64,000 bases of DNA, from positions 272,355-336,354 of the forward strand of contig JAQTUX010000002.1 of the NCBI GenBank assembly GCA_028707125.1, in the 5' to 3' direction. The first letter of the stretch is position 1. Each line of letters starts with the position of its first letter. This document shows positions 52,338 through 62,405 of the stretch, in pieces. Made by a program: the position numbers and the translations under genes. The notes under the pieces were generated by a model. That model made no database searches. It saw only the letters and a program-made list of their open reading frames with translations, and was not told where the DNA came from. Origin of the DNA: Candidatus Omnitrophota bacterium. Lineage in GTDB: Bacteria > Omnitrophota > Gorgyraeia > Gygaellales > JAQTUX01.

Positions 52338-53621
52338 TTACTCTTTGGCCAGCTTTACAAGGAGGGGCATGATCTCAACACCCTTGAGCTCTCCGATGCT
52401 GCCTTCTCTGGCTGCCTTCTCCGAGAAGCTCATTGAGCCGTCGGCCTTTATAGGGCCGCCCGCGGTTAAAAGCGGCACGGGGTCAGAGGAATGCGCTTTA
52501 AGTTTACAGGGCGTGGAATGATCAGCGGTCACCGCGATTATGGAATTCTTAAAATCGATATTTTTAAGCAGTTCACTGAAGAAGAACTTATCTATCTCTT
52601 CAATGGATTGTTTTTTAAGCTCGTATTTTCCGTCGTGCGCCGGCTCATCCGGGCCTTTGATATGGATATACAGGGCGTCGTGGGCCTCTATGGCATTATG
52701 CGCTATCTTTGCCCAGGCAGCGTAATCCACATCGCTGTGGCCTGTCCTCTTGGGGACATCCACTATCTTGATGCCTGTGAGAAGGGCGATGCCTTTCTCA
52801 ACCGGCATCTCCACAAATGAACCCACGTTTAAGTTATAAAACGAACCTATAGGGGGAAACTCCGGAAGATGGTCTCCCGCGTCGCGGCTCAAGATAACAT
52901 TACCCGGCATCTTGCCTTCCGAAACCCGCCTCTTATTCACCGCCGAATCATTAAGCGCCTTGATAGATAATCTGGTAAACTCATTTAAAAGCCGCGCTGC
53001 CGTCTGCGCCTCTTTTGAATCCTCGTATCCGGGCATGGGCGAGGACTCCTGAACCTTGTTCTCAAATTTCTCCTTGGCAACGCCAAACACCCCTTCCCTG
53101 TCATACGCCGGGTCTGTATTGGTTAGCCAGCCGGATAATTTAGAACGCATTCCCCTTATGACCAAGACACCCCTATGGCCTATGGTGTTCTTAAATTCAA
53201 ACACGCCTTCAGAAAGCGTGACTTTGGAATTTATCTCTCTGGAAAGCGACGACGCCTCCTCGGTAGTAAGGTTCCTGCCCACCCTTCTGTCTTTTATATT
53301 TACGCCGTCGTCATCCACCGTGGCAAAGTTCACCCTGAATGCCACGTCTCCCGGGTTGACCGCGACGCCCTCCGCGAAACATTCAAGCGGCCCCCTTCCC
53401 GTATAGTATTTGTGCGCGTCATACCCCAGCAGGCTTATGACCGCGATATCCGATTCCGGCGCGATGCCCTTGCCTACCGTATACACAATGCCGGTTCTGC
53501 CCATCTGGGCCAGCCTGTCCATATTAGGGGTAAAGGCCGCCTCAAGCGGTGTCTTGTCGCCGAGTTCCTTGATCGGCAAATCGCCTAAGCCATCCAATAC
53601 TATGTAGAATATCTTTCGCAT
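52338..53621 (-). CDS. apgM: cofactor-independent phosphoglycerate mutase, archaeal type (ApgM family)
   Basis: 427 aa. N-terminal …YIVLDGLGD… metal-binding Asp and an alkaline-phosphatase-superfamily body; size and pattern match ApgM. Confidence 0.75.
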   Translation of the reverse strand: MRKIFYIVLDGLGDLPIKELGDKTPLEAAFTPNMDRLAQMGRTGIVYTVGKGIAPESDIAVISLLGYDAHKYYTGRGPLECFAEGVAVNPGDVAFRVNFATVDDDGVNIKDRRVGRNLTTEEASSLSREINSKVTLSEGVFEFKNTIGHRGVLVIRGMRSKLSGWLTNTDPAYDREGVFGVAKEKFENKVQESSPMPGYEDSKEAQTAARLLNEFTRLSIKALNDSAVNKRRVSEGKMPGNVILSRDAGDHLPEFPPIGSFYNLNVGSFVEMPVEKGIALLTGIKIVDVPKRTGHSDVDYAAWAKIAHNAIEAHDALYIHIKGPDEPAHDGKYELKKQSIEEIDKFFFSELLKNIDFKNSIIAVTADHSTPCKLKAHSSDPVPLLTAGGPIKADGSMSFSEKAAREGSIGELKGVEIMPLLVKLAKE

Positions 53622-53622
53622 A

Positions 53623-55920
53623 TCAACACTTTGTGAATCCGCAGGAAGGACACTTCACGCACCCTTCCTCATGCATAAGCGCGCCTCCACAATCAGGGCA
53701 AACGCCCACTATGGTCGCGACGCGCTTTTGCGCCTGTTGCTCCTCAAACACAGACAGATTGTTGCTAAGGCCGTCGTCTTTTTCTTCTTTGATCTGACCA
53801 TTGACCAGCCGGCGCTCGATCACCCTCGCCATCGCGTCCGCGCAGGAAAATATGCGCACGCCCTTCTCCCAGGAAGGCGAAGGGCAGCGTATGTTCCTTA
53901 GCTGCTCTATAATGGACTTGACCTCTATGCCTGAGCGGAACGCCAGTGATACCAACCTGCCTATCGCCTCAAGCTGGGACGCGGCGCAGCCGCCGGCCTT
54001 GCCCATATGAGTAAAAAGCTCAAACGGCTTACCCTGTTCGTCGGAGTTAATGGTTATGTAAAAATTACCGCAGCCGGTAGGGACCTTCGTGGTCGTGCCC
54101 TGAGTGACCTCCGGCCTGGGGCGGGGAGATATGTCATACCTCTCCTTGGACGCGGAGGCGGGCTGCGCTTTATCCTCGTCTTTCTTTCTGGCTATATTCA
54201 ATACCTGCTCATCCCTGCTTCCGTCGCGATAAATGGTCACGCCTTTGCACCCCAATTTATAGGCAAGCAGATATACCCCTGCCACATCCTTCTCGGCCGC
54301 CCTGTTGGGGAAGTTAACCGTCTTTGAAGTGGCGTTGTCCACGTATTTCTGGAACGCGGCCTGCATCCTTATGTGGAATTCCGGAGAGATATCGTGCGCG
54401 GTGACAAACAGCCGCCTCACGTCTTCCGGCACTTCATTTATATGTTTCACTGAGCCGGACTCCGCCACCTTCTCCATCAGTTGGCGGGAATAAAACCCGC
54501 GCTCCTTGGCGGTCTCTTCAAACAAAGGATCGACCTCAACAAGCTTATCATTATCCATAACGTTGCGGTAGTAACTTACCGCGAATAACGGCTCGATACC
54601 GGAAGAACAGGGCCCGGCTATAATGCTTATCGTGCCCGTCGGGGCGATAGTGGTCAGGGTGGCGTTGCGCTGCCTGTTAGCCGCCCCGCCTTTTGCGTAA
54701 AGCGCGCTGCCTATAAACGCCGCGAATGCCCCCCGTTCTTCGGCCAGCATCGCCGACTCGGCCCTTGACTCGTTGGCGATAAAAGCCATCACGGTCTCGG
54801 CAAGCTGCAATGCCTCCTCGGAATCATAAGGTATACCTAATCGTATCAATAATGTGGCCCATCCCATGACACCCAGCCCTATCTTCCTCGTCAGTTTCGT
54901 ATTCTCTTCTATCTGGGGCAGGGGGAATTTATTGATGTCTATGACATTATCAAGAAAATGCACTGCCCCGCGCACAGTTACGCGCAGCCTCTCCCAGTCA
55001 ACCTCGCATCTGCCGCTTAAAGAATCCTTCTTATATAATCTGGCCAGGTTGATGGATCCCAGATTGCAGGACTCATAGGGCAAAAGCGGCTGCTCTCCGC
55101 ATGGGTTGGTGCTTTCAATGCTGCCTATGTTTGGGGTAGGGTTGTCTTTGTTGATATTGTCTATGAAAACGATCCCGGGCTCGCCGTTCTTATGCGCCTG
55201 CTTTACGATCAGGTCAAATACCTTTTTTGTGTTAAGGCGCCCTGCCGTCTGTTTTGTGCGCGGCTCTATAAGGTCGTAGTCCTCGCCGTTTTCAAGCTTC
55301 TTCATGAAATCGTCTGTAAGCGCGACCGAAATATTAAAATTTGTGATGTCTTTATCGCTCTCCTTGCAGGCGATAAACTCAAGGATGTCCGGATGGTCAA
55401 CCCTTAATATGCCCATATTCGCCCCGCGCCGGGACCCCCCCTGCTTGACTGCCTGGGTCGCGGCATCGTATACCTTAAGGAACGATACGGGGCCGGAGGC
55501 GATGCCTCCGGTGGACCTCACCACGCTGTTTTTAGAGCGCAGTTTGGAAAAGGAAAACCCCGTGCCGCCGCCGGATTTATGTATTAAACTTGCCGCTTTC
55601 AACGTCTCAAAAATTGACTCCATTGAATCCTCAATAGGAAGCACAAAGCAGGCGGAAAGCTGGCCCATATCCTTGCCGGCATTCATCAGGGTCGGCGAGT
55701 TAGGCATAAATTCCAAAGCGGACATCGCGGAATAAAACTCTTCCTCTGTCCTCAAGATCTCTTCCGGCGGCCTGCCGTATAGAACGTCTGCCGAGGCAAC
55801 GGCGCGCGCCACCCGCCGGAACATCTCTTCAGGGGTCTCAACACACCTGCCCGAAGGATCCTTAACAAGGTATCTTCTGTTCAAAACTTTGAGCGAGTTC
55901 TCCGAAAGCTCAAGCGGCAT
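53623..55920 (-). CDS. nrdJ: adenosylcobalamin-dependent ribonucleoside-diphosphate reductase (class II, NrdJ)
   Basis: 765 aa with class II RNR N-terminal allosteric/ATP-cone-less pattern (…LKVLNRRYL…). Catalytic Cys/Asn/Glu loop (…NPCGEQ…, ligands Cys, Glu). C-terminal Cys pairs (CPDCGG…CVKCPSCG). Confidence 0.85.
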   Translation of the reverse strand: MPLELSENSLKVLNRRYLVKDPSGRCVETPEEMFRRVARAVASADVLYGRPPEEILRTEEEFYSAMSALEFMPNSPTLMNAGKDMGQLSACFVLPIEDSMESIFETLKAASLIHKSGGGTGFSFSKLRSKNSVVRSTGGIASGPVSFLKVYDAATQAVKQGGSRRGANMGILRVDHPDILEFIACKESDKDITNFNISVALTDDFMKKLENGEDYDLIEPRTKQTAGRLNTKKVFDLIVKQAHKNGEPGIVFIDNINKDNPTPNIGSIESTNPCGEQPLLPYESCNLGSINLARLYKKDSLSGRCEVDWERLRVTVRGAVHFLDNVIDINKFPLPQIEENTKLTRKIGLGVMGWATLLIRLGIPYDSEEALQLAETVMAFIANESRAESAMLAEERGAFAAFIGSALYAKGGAANRQRNATLTTIAPTGTISIIAGPCSSGIEPLFAVSYYRNVMDNDKLVEVDPLFEETAKERGFYSRQLMEKVAESGSVKHINEVPEDVRRLFVTAHDISPEFHIRMQAAFQKYVDNATSKTVNFPNRAAEKDVAGVYLLAYKLGCKGVTIYRDGSRDEQVLNIARKKDEDKAQPASASKERYDISPRPRPEVTQGTTTKVPTGCGNFYITINSDEQGKPFELFTHMGKAGGCAASQLEAIGRLVSLAFRSGIEVKSIIEQLRNIRCPSPSWEKGVRIFSCADAMARVIERRLVNGQIKEEKDDGLSNNLSVFEEQQAQKRVATIVGVCPDCGGALMHEEGCVKCPSCGFTKC

Positions 55921-56036
55921 ATCTTGTTCTCCTTATTTTTTGGGAGTTATCTAATGGTGATGAACCACAGTATAACGGCCGGATGGCCTCCTGTCAAGGG
56001 AAAATATACTATATGTTGTGTTCTATTTTAATTATA

Positions 56037-57044
56037 CTACGATATCTGGCGGCAGGAATCCCTTACCACCAACTCCACCGGCAGCCGCACCTTTTTCACC
56101 CTGGCAGCGCCTTCGCTGATGTATTTCCTGAGTTCCTTCACCGCCTCCTGCGCCATAGCGGCAAACGGCTGCCTTACCGTAGTGAGGGCGACCTTGCCGT
56201 AGAGCCCGGAAGGATCATCGTCAAATCCGATAATTGAAATATCTTTCGGCACATCCAGCTTTCTTTCGTATATAACGTTTATCGCCTCAAGCGCCATAGA
56301 GTCAGAGGCGACGAATACCGCCGTAGGGGGATGGCCCAGATCAAGCAGCGCCTCCATCGCGGTGCGCGCCGCGCCGCGCGAATAGTCCGCCTTGATAACG
56401 TAACCCTCATTGTATGCTATATTGCCACCCTCAAGCGCCCGCCTGTACCCCTTAAGGCGCTCTGAGGCCGCCTGGGTTATCAGGTCGCCGGTAATATGCG
56501 CTATTTTCTTATGCCCCAGATCTATAAGGTATTTTACCGCCGTATACGCGCCTTTCTCATTGTCTATGGCAATGCAGCTTACGGCAAGGTCCTGCACAAA
56601 ATTATTTATTACGACCGCCGGGATATTCTCTTTCAGCGCCGATTCAAGCTGGCCCCTGTTCTTGATCACATCGGCGAATATCACCCCTGCCACTGAACCG
56701 GTGCTTAGAAAAGAGCCTGAACCGGTAATGTGCAGCAGCAGGTCAAACTTCATCACGTCGCACATCGTGCCCACGCCCTTTATTATCTCCAGGGCATAAT
56801 AAGAATAAAATATCCCTTCATAATGCGGGATAACCAGGCCTATGGCGTTGGCCTCTCCGCGCGCCAATGCCCTGGCAGCCGCGGAAGGCATAAACTTAAG
56901 GTCTTTTATCGCCTCTTCGATCCGCGCCTTGCTTGCCTTGCTTACCGGCCCGCTTTTATTAAGCACCCGTGAAACCGTGGTGATAGACACCCCACAGGCG
57001 CGCGCCACATCTTTAATTGAGATCTTCTTTTTGGAGGGACCCAT
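56037..57044 (-). CDS. LacI-family transcriptional regulator
   Basis: N-terminal HTH …IKDVARACGVSITTVSRVLN… and a periplasmic-binding-protein-like effector domain. Confidence 0.85.
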   Translation of the reverse strand: MGPSKKKISIKDVARACGVSITTVSRVLNKSGPVSKASKARIEEAIKDLKFMPSAAARALARGEANAIGLVIPHYEGIFYSYYALEIIKGVGTMCDVMKFDLLLHITGSGSFLSTGSVAGVIFADVIKNRGQLESALKENIPAVVINNFVQDLAVSCIAIDNEKGAYTAVKYLIDLGHKKIAHITGDLITQAASERLKGYRRALEGGNIAYNEGYVIKADYSRGAARTAMEALLDLGHPPTAVFVASDSMALEAINVIYERKLDVPKDISIIGFDDDPSGLYGKVALTTVRQPFAAMAQEAVKELRKYISEGAARVKKVRLPVELVVRDSCRQIS

Positions 57045-57057
57045 ATGATACGAAGGG

Positions 57058-58236
57058 CTATCTTACAATGTCGCCTGCTTTTATCTCCCTGGTTGACTGC
57101 AGTATATCTGCCGCCGAAATTGACTTGCGCGTCTGTATGACCCTTGCCGTGCCTACGCGCTCGCCGTTCTGATAAACCTCAAAATCCATTCCGATGCCGA
57201 CCCCCGCGTCTTCTCCGATGTCAATGACTACAAAATTATGCTCCACATCAACGGCGGCGATCCTGCCCACCATCTCTTTGCCGGACACCTGTATGCCGGC
57301 GGCATCGGGAGCGTGCACTACAATGGGCGAGAGCTCAACCGCCTTCTCGTCGGTCTTAGCCGCTTCGCTGCCGGCCGGACCGCCTTTGATCCTGGAAAGC
57401 TTCTCGTCTGAGGCCTGCAGCGCGGTCCGCTTTTCCATGGCTACGGTCTCAACATCCTCAACCTTATCCTTCAATACCGCTTTTTCTTCCTCAATATTTA
57501 CTATCTTTTCCTGCAGCTTCAATTTCGCGTCAACCGCCAGTTTAAGCTGCCTTCTCAAAACCCCGTTTTCCTTCCTTATTTCATTGACCTGCGCTGTTAT
57601 GGCCTGCTTATCGTTCTTCTCCCTGACCAGCTCCGAACTCAACGAATCAAGTAATTTCTCATTGTAGTCGTAACGCCGCTGGAGGTCTGAATTCTTATGC
57701 TGAAGGTTCGTCAATTCCAGCTCAAGCTCGGTCTTCTCCTTTGTAAGCTCTTCTATGTGCAGCCGCAGTTTTTTATATTCGTCCTTGACATTGCCGAGAT
57801 CAAACTCCAGGGCCGCCTTATCTTTAAGCACGCTTCCCCAATATTGATCGCTTACTGAAGACGGCGCTTCGGAAGAGCCCATACCCGCGGAACGCGAAGA
57901 AACAGGCGCCTTCGGCTTCTCCTTCAATCTCCGGACCAGCTCATCCCGCTCCCTGGCTACAATGTCATATTTAGACCTGAACTCGCCCTTCTCCCGCTCC
58001 GCGCTGTCCAATTCCTTCTGTATAGCGTTAACGCGCTCCTGAAGGCTGTCTTTTTGCTTCTTTATGATTTCGGCATTTTGCCGCAGCTTGCCCTCCTTAA
58101 GCCCCCAGGCCTCCCTCTCTTCCTGATATTCCCTCAACACTGCCTGCTTTTCATTATTGAGCTTGGCTGCGAATAAAATAGAAATGAGCGTTAGTATGCC
58201 TAATATGACTATTATGATTTTTGACTTCTGGTCCAT
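57058..58236 (-). CDS. membrane-anchored coiled-coil protein with small C-terminal beta-rich domain
   Basis: Start MDQKSKIIIV (58236), preceded by AAGGGGG. Single N-terminal TM segment, about 250 aa of heptad-rich charged coiled coil, and a C-terminal …GRIAAVDVEHNFVVIDIGEDAGV…EVYQNGERVGTARV… domain of unknown family. Confidence 0.45.
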   Translation of the reverse strand: MDQKSKIIIVILGILTLISILFAAKLNNEKQAVLREYQEEREAWGLKEGKLRQNAEIIKKQKDSLQERVNAIQKELDSAEREKGEFRSKYDIVARERDELVRRLKEKPKAPVSSRSAGMGSSEAPSSVSDQYWGSVLKDKAALEFDLGNVKDEYKKLRLHIEELTKEKTELELELTNLQHKNSDLQRRYDYNEKLLDSLSSELVREKNDKQAITAQVNEIRKENGVLRRQLKLAVDAKLKLQEKIVNIEEEKAVLKDKVEDVETVAMEKRTALQASDEKLSRIKGGPAGSEAAKTDEKAVELSPIVVHAPDAAGIQVSGKEMVGRIAAVDVEHNFVVIDIGEDAGVGIGMDFEVYQNGERVGTARVIQTRKSISAADILQSTREIKAGDIVR

Positions 58237-58246
58237 CGACCCCCCC

Positions 58247-59461
58247 TTACTGTGCGAATACCCTGCGCACAATTAAACTTGCCGCGCCAACCGCAACGGC
58301 ATTCTCCGCCAGGTCAGAATAAACTATCTTCAAATCGGCCGTCATTTCTTTAAAAGCCCATTCATTTACCGCGAAACGCAGCTTGGTCAGAAATAACTCT
58401 CCGGCCTCCTCAAAACCGCCCCCTATTATAACCATATCGGGATTAAGCAGATTGACCAGGAAGGCGGTCTTTATCCCCAGGCGTATTGCCCCCTGCTCTA
58501 TGAGTTCGCAGGCGAGCGCGTCCTTTGCCTTCGCCGCCTGGAACACGCTCCTCAAGGAAAGATTATTTATATCGCCCTGGCAGAATTCAACCAGCCGGCT
58601 CTCCCTCTCCTGGACCATCTTCCTTGCCTCTTCAACTATGCCCAGATCCGCTTCCCAACGCTCGATCAGGCAGGACTCAGCGAAAACGCAGGGAGATTTT
58701 TTAGCGGCAGATGGATTGTGCACGGATATCTCGCCGGCAAAACCGCCTGAGCCGGTATAAATGTCGCCTTTTATCATTATGCCGCAGCCCACGCCGGAAA
58801 ACATGAACATGGCATTTTTACAGCTGAGGTCCTTTCTCGCCCACTGCTCCGCGAAACAGGCGCAGGTAGAATCATTCTCCACGAAAACCGGAAGGTCAAA
58901 CTCTTTCTCCAGGGCGTCCCTTAAATTGATGTTCAGGCCCACGTAGTTATAACCGCCGCCGTTGCGCTGCGGCCAATGCACGGAACCGCTTTTTTTATCT
59001 ACGAGTCCGGCGATGCCTATGCCCAGCCCCTTTATTTTATCCGCGTAACTTTTTGCCTTAAGTAAAAGTTCCCTGATCAAATTTATGCTGCAGTCGGCTG
59101 CCGCCTGGGCGGAGAGCGGCACTTCCTCCGTTTTCGCCCTCGCGACAATATTGCCCTTCAGATCCACAAGCACGGCAACGCTGTTAAAAAGATTGATACC
59201 CACTCCCACGGCATACGCGGCATCGGGATTCAGGTCCAGGAGCACCGGGCGCCTGCCGCCCTCGGATACATCCAGCGTTTTTTCAAAGACCAGTCTTTCT
59301 TTTAAAAAAGAATCTATATAATTTGAGACCGTAACTACATTCAGCCCTATATGTTGAGATATCTCCGGGCGCGACAAAGGGCCCATCCGCCTCAATGTTT
59401 CCAATATAGAGATATTACGCCGTTCTCTTTCGGATAGGACCTCGCTATCTAAAGTTTGCAA
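58247..59461 (-). CDS. ROK-family transcriptional regulator (N-terminal wHTH plus sugar-kinase-like domain)
   Basis: 404 aa; N-terminal …ILETLRRMGPLSRPEISQHIGLNVVTVSNYI… HTH. ROK body with …GVGINL…, CxCGxxGC-like Cys/His zinc motif (…FSGVGCGIMIKGDIYTGSGG…). Confidence 0.75.
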   Translation of the reverse strand: MQTLDSEVLSERERRNISILETLRRMGPLSRPEISQHIGLNVVTVSNYIDSFLKERLVFEKTLDVSEGGRRPVLLDLNPDAAYAVGVGINLFNSVAVLVDLKGNIVARAKTEEVPLSAQAAADCSINLIRELLLKAKSYADKIKGLGIGIAGLVDKKSGSVHWPQRNGGGYNYVGLNINLRDALEKEFDLPVFVENDSTCACFAEQWARKDLSCKNAMFMFSGVGCGIMIKGDIYTGSGGFAGEISVHNPSAAKKSPCVFAESCLIERWEADLGIVEEARKMVQERESRLVEFCQGDINNLSLRSVFQAAKAKDALACELIEQGAIRLGIKTAFLVNLLNPDMVIIGGGFEEAGELFLTKLRFAVNEWAFKEMTADLKIVYSDLAENAVAVGAASLIVRRVFAQ

Positions 59462-59589
59462 ATTCCCGGCACCCCGTCCCTCTTATGCCGCGGCTGAAAA
59501 TCATAAGAAGGGCCTTAAAAAATATTGTAAAAATAACACCTTCAATAGTTTATCACACTATTTTCAGTTTTGTCTATATTTTTTTTATT

Positions 59590-61158
59590 TTATTGCACGT
59601 CGATTATCGCGATCGCCCTGCTGGCTGCTCCCGATGGGTTCACGGCAACTATATTCACGACCTTTGTGCCTGCCTGGCCGTAAGTTACGCTGAATTCGGG
59701 AGAATCGGAAAGCGGTTTTTCACCGGGTATCTGGCCTGACCATAGATAACCGGTCTTCTGAGGGAAACATCCGGCGGAGGAAATAAAGGCGGGGACGGAA
59801 AAATCTACCTCTTTATTTTTCGGTATGGGGATCGGGGAGGCCTTCAGGTCCAATATCGGTATCGCGGCCTGCCCGGTTTCCTGCCTTAAACAGGCATCAA
59901 GGAACGTCTTCAGGTTATGTTCTATGGAGGAACCGTTATTGATCTCTGAGATCCTCAGGCCGGCCTCATCTTTAATGTCCGAAGACATCTCTTCATCCAT
60001 TGACAATATCTTCCCATAATGATCAAGCGCGCATTTGTGATCATTATTCCATTGGCATATAAGCCCCAGATGATAAAGCGAAAGCGGATAGTACGCGCCG
60101 GCGGCAGGCCTCGCGATTATGCCGCTAAGAAGCTCTCGGCCGCGGCCCTGGTTACCGACCACGTAAAGGTTTATGATCCCAAGCTTGAACTCCGCCTCAT
60201 CCAGATGCCTGCCTTTGGGAAAATTATAGAGCAGTTTCTCAAACTCTACCGCCGCCGGGACAAGGAGCCCGGCGTGCTGTAGATTCTTCGCTCTGAGATA
60301 CAACAGATCTTCGCCGGGGCTGCCCGCGCTGATCTCATTGAGCATCGCGAAGACCTTCTCTGAATACTCCACGTCAAAATTCTCCCCTTCGCAGGAAAAC
60401 CTTTCAACTATCCCGGATAACTCTCCGGCCGCGTCCTCTTTTTGCTGCGGCCTTATCCTCTCTATAAATGAATCAAACAATGCCTGCGCCAGTTCCACGC
60501 TGCCTTCCTCAAGCGCCTGCAGCGCCTTCTCTTTTATCTCATCAGGGGACTTGACGGTTGAGTCCACCTTCCGGGCATACAGGGCATAGACCGATCTCGC
60601 GGAGGCATCCGCCCCTTCCTGTTTAAGCCGGTCCGCCATACCTCTAATGCTTTCAATATCTTTTGTCTGCTGAGAATAATGCTTTAACGCGGAGAATAAT
60701 TCTTCAAGTATTGTGTTGTCTTCGGCGCCCCCTTCGCGTTTCAGGAATTTCCACTTAAGAAATAAGGCTTCGGGCAGAAGGATATCGGACCTGGAAATAT
60801 GCTCGATGGCGAATTGGAGGTTCTCCGTAAATTCTTTCCTGAAGTCATCGCCCTTGTTAAAATATTCGTCCCACATCTTATTTGTCTCCAGAAAGCCGAA
60901 CTGCGTAAAGCGCGTCAGGGCGATAAAATACGCTACGGCCGCCTTCTCGGATTCCTTTGCCTCAGGCAGCATGCTTTTCAAAAAATCCACAAACTCATTA
61001 TACTGGTTGAGCCCGAAATACACCCCCCTCAACTCATCTATGCCGTCCAGGAGCTGCGCCCGTCCGGCATCAGCGGTAAAGCCGCGTTGAGACAGGCAGA
61101 GAAACAGCGCCAGCGCCGAGGCCAGAACTATCTTTTTCTTTCTTTTTCCGTTATCCAT
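59590..61158 (-). CDS. secreted hypothetical protein
   Basis: 522 aa with a signal peptide (…ALALFLCLSQRGFTADA). Helical N-terminal two-thirds, possibly TPR-like. The beta-rich C-terminal ~70 aa (…FSVTYGQAGTKVVNIVAVNPSGAAS…) suggests an Ig/PKD-like module. Confidence 0.4.
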   Translation of the reverse strand: MDNGKRKKKIVLASALALFLCLSQRGFTADAGRAQLLDGIDELRGVYFGLNQYNEFVDFLKSMLPEAKESEKAAVAYFIALTRFTQFGFLETNKMWDEYFNKGDDFRKEFTENLQFAIEHISRSDILLPEALFLKWKFLKREGGAEDNTILEELFSALKHYSQQTKDIESIRGMADRLKQEGADASARSVYALYARKVDSTVKSPDEIKEKALQALEEGSVELAQALFDSFIERIRPQQKEDAAGELSGIVERFSCEGENFDVEYSEKVFAMLNEISAGSPGEDLLYLRAKNLQHAGLLVPAAVEFEKLLYNFPKGRHLDEAEFKLGIINLYVVGNQGRGRELLSGIIARPAAGAYYPLSLYHLGLICQWNNDHKCALDHYGKILSMDEEMSSDIKDEAGLRISEINNGSSIEHNLKTFLDACLRQETGQAAIPILDLKASPIPIPKNKEVDFSVPAFISSAGCFPQKTGYLWSGQIPGEKPLSDSPEFSVTYGQAGTKVVNIVAVNPSGAASRAIAIIDVQ

Positions 61159-62405
61159 TCCTGATCCGGGTCTTGGAAGAACTTCTTCAGCACGTAATAA
61201 CTCTTTCTGGGCACGCGCTTATTCAACCCCGAGTCTGATTCTTCGGATAGAGCGACTATCCCGAACCACTCCTCATTCATATTCATACCGCCGGGGACTT
61301 CAATGTCAAAATAGTATTCGCCCTTAGACCAGTTTGAGCCGGTATCGTGCGCCGGCCACCCCTGAAGGTCGTATTCGTTATGTTTCCACCATTCGTCATT
61401 CCACTCAAACATGACCCCTCCCACGCAGTTGCCCGCGCCCTTGGGGCCTCCAGCCAGATTTTCGTAGATCTGCCTCCACTGTGACTCAAGAAAGAACGCC
61501 TGCATGCCTTCGTCTTCCTCTTTAAGCTTGGCGTTATACGCGTCGGCGCCGAACTCGGAAATGATCACCGGCTTGTCAAAGGTAAATTTAAGCGAATCGA
61601 ACAGATTACCGAATGTCTTGCCCCTGTAGATAACGCAGGCGATAAGGTCAATATCGGGGCAGATCCCGGCGGAGGCAACCTCCAGATACTTGAGCTCTCC
61701 GTTGCCGAGGGCGACGGGATGATCAGGGTCAACCTGTTTTATTTCCCTGGCTATCTCGTTAATGAACGAATAATAAATCCTTGCCCGCTCAAGCTGCCTC
61801 TGCCATAGATCCGGTATCGCGTCTATTTCAGGCGATGACCAGGGGTTTACCTGGCCGTTGAAGGAATAATTGTTTTCGTTACCCAGGACCCACATAAGTA
61901 TACCGGGGGTATCCTTATAAGTATTTACCATCTCCAGCACCTGTTTCTTTATGCGTCCCCTGAACTCTGCATCCGCGTATCCCAGGGGATATTCCCAGAA
62001 CCCCGCCCACGAACCCATTATGGTATATATGCCGTGATCATTATACAGGCCGCTGATAAGCTCTTTTACCACCTCGGCGTGAGGCCCGGGCTGATAAAAG
62101 CGCACCGTGTTTATCCCCGCCGCCTTCATCAACTCAGCGTCTTTTTTCCAGGGCTTATTCGGATCGGAGAAAAAGTCATATTCGTGGTTCTTGCCGACAG
62201 GAACGGGAGAATAACAGACGCCCCGGACAACAAACGGCGCCCCTGCCGCGATCAACCGGTAGTGCCCCTTGCGGTCCTTGTGTATAAAAACATCGCCTTT
62301 TCCCTTACAGCCCGCGAGGGATAGAAACAGGCAGGCTGCAAAGAATAAAATCCCTCCTTGCAGCCTGCCCCTGATCCTTAAACCATCACTCATACTTGAT
62401 CTCAT
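61128..62405 (-). CDS. glycoside hydrolase, clan GH-A TIM-barrel (GH5/GH2-like), lipoprotein
   Basis: 425 aa; signal peptide/lipobox (…LSLAGCKG). Catalytic acid/base …WVLGNENNY… and nucleophile …VIISEFGAD…; …FEWNDEWWK… aromatic motif. Confidence 0.65.
   Translation of the reverse strand: MRSSMSDGLRIRGRLQGGILFFAACLFLSLAGCKGKGDVFIHKDRKGHYRLIAAGAPFVVRGVCYSPVPVGKNHEYDFFSDPNKPWKKDAELMKAAGINTVRFYQPGPHAEVVKELISGLYNDHGIYTIMGSWAGFWEYPLGYADAEFRGRIKKQVLEMVNTYKDTPGILMWVLGNENNYSFNGQVNPWSSPEIDAIPDLWQRQLERARIYYSFINEIAREIKQVDPDHPVALGNGELKYLEVASAGICPDIDLIACVIYRGKTFGNLFDSLKFTFDKPVIISEFGADAYNAKLKEEDEGMQAFFLESQWRQIYENLAGGPKGAGNCVGGVMFEWNDEWWKHNEYDLQGWPAHDTGSNWSKGEYYFDIEVPGGMNMNEEWFGIVALSEESDSGLNKRVPRKSYYVLKKFFQDPDQEWITEKERKR

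Noticed and set aside
55921-56036. Cobalamin riboswitch upstream of the B12-dependent nrdJ
   Set aside because: The leader is only about 116 nt and I cannot see the conserved B12-box (…GCCACUG…) or the characteristic paired regions. Only a weak NrdR-like dyad is reported as a finding.
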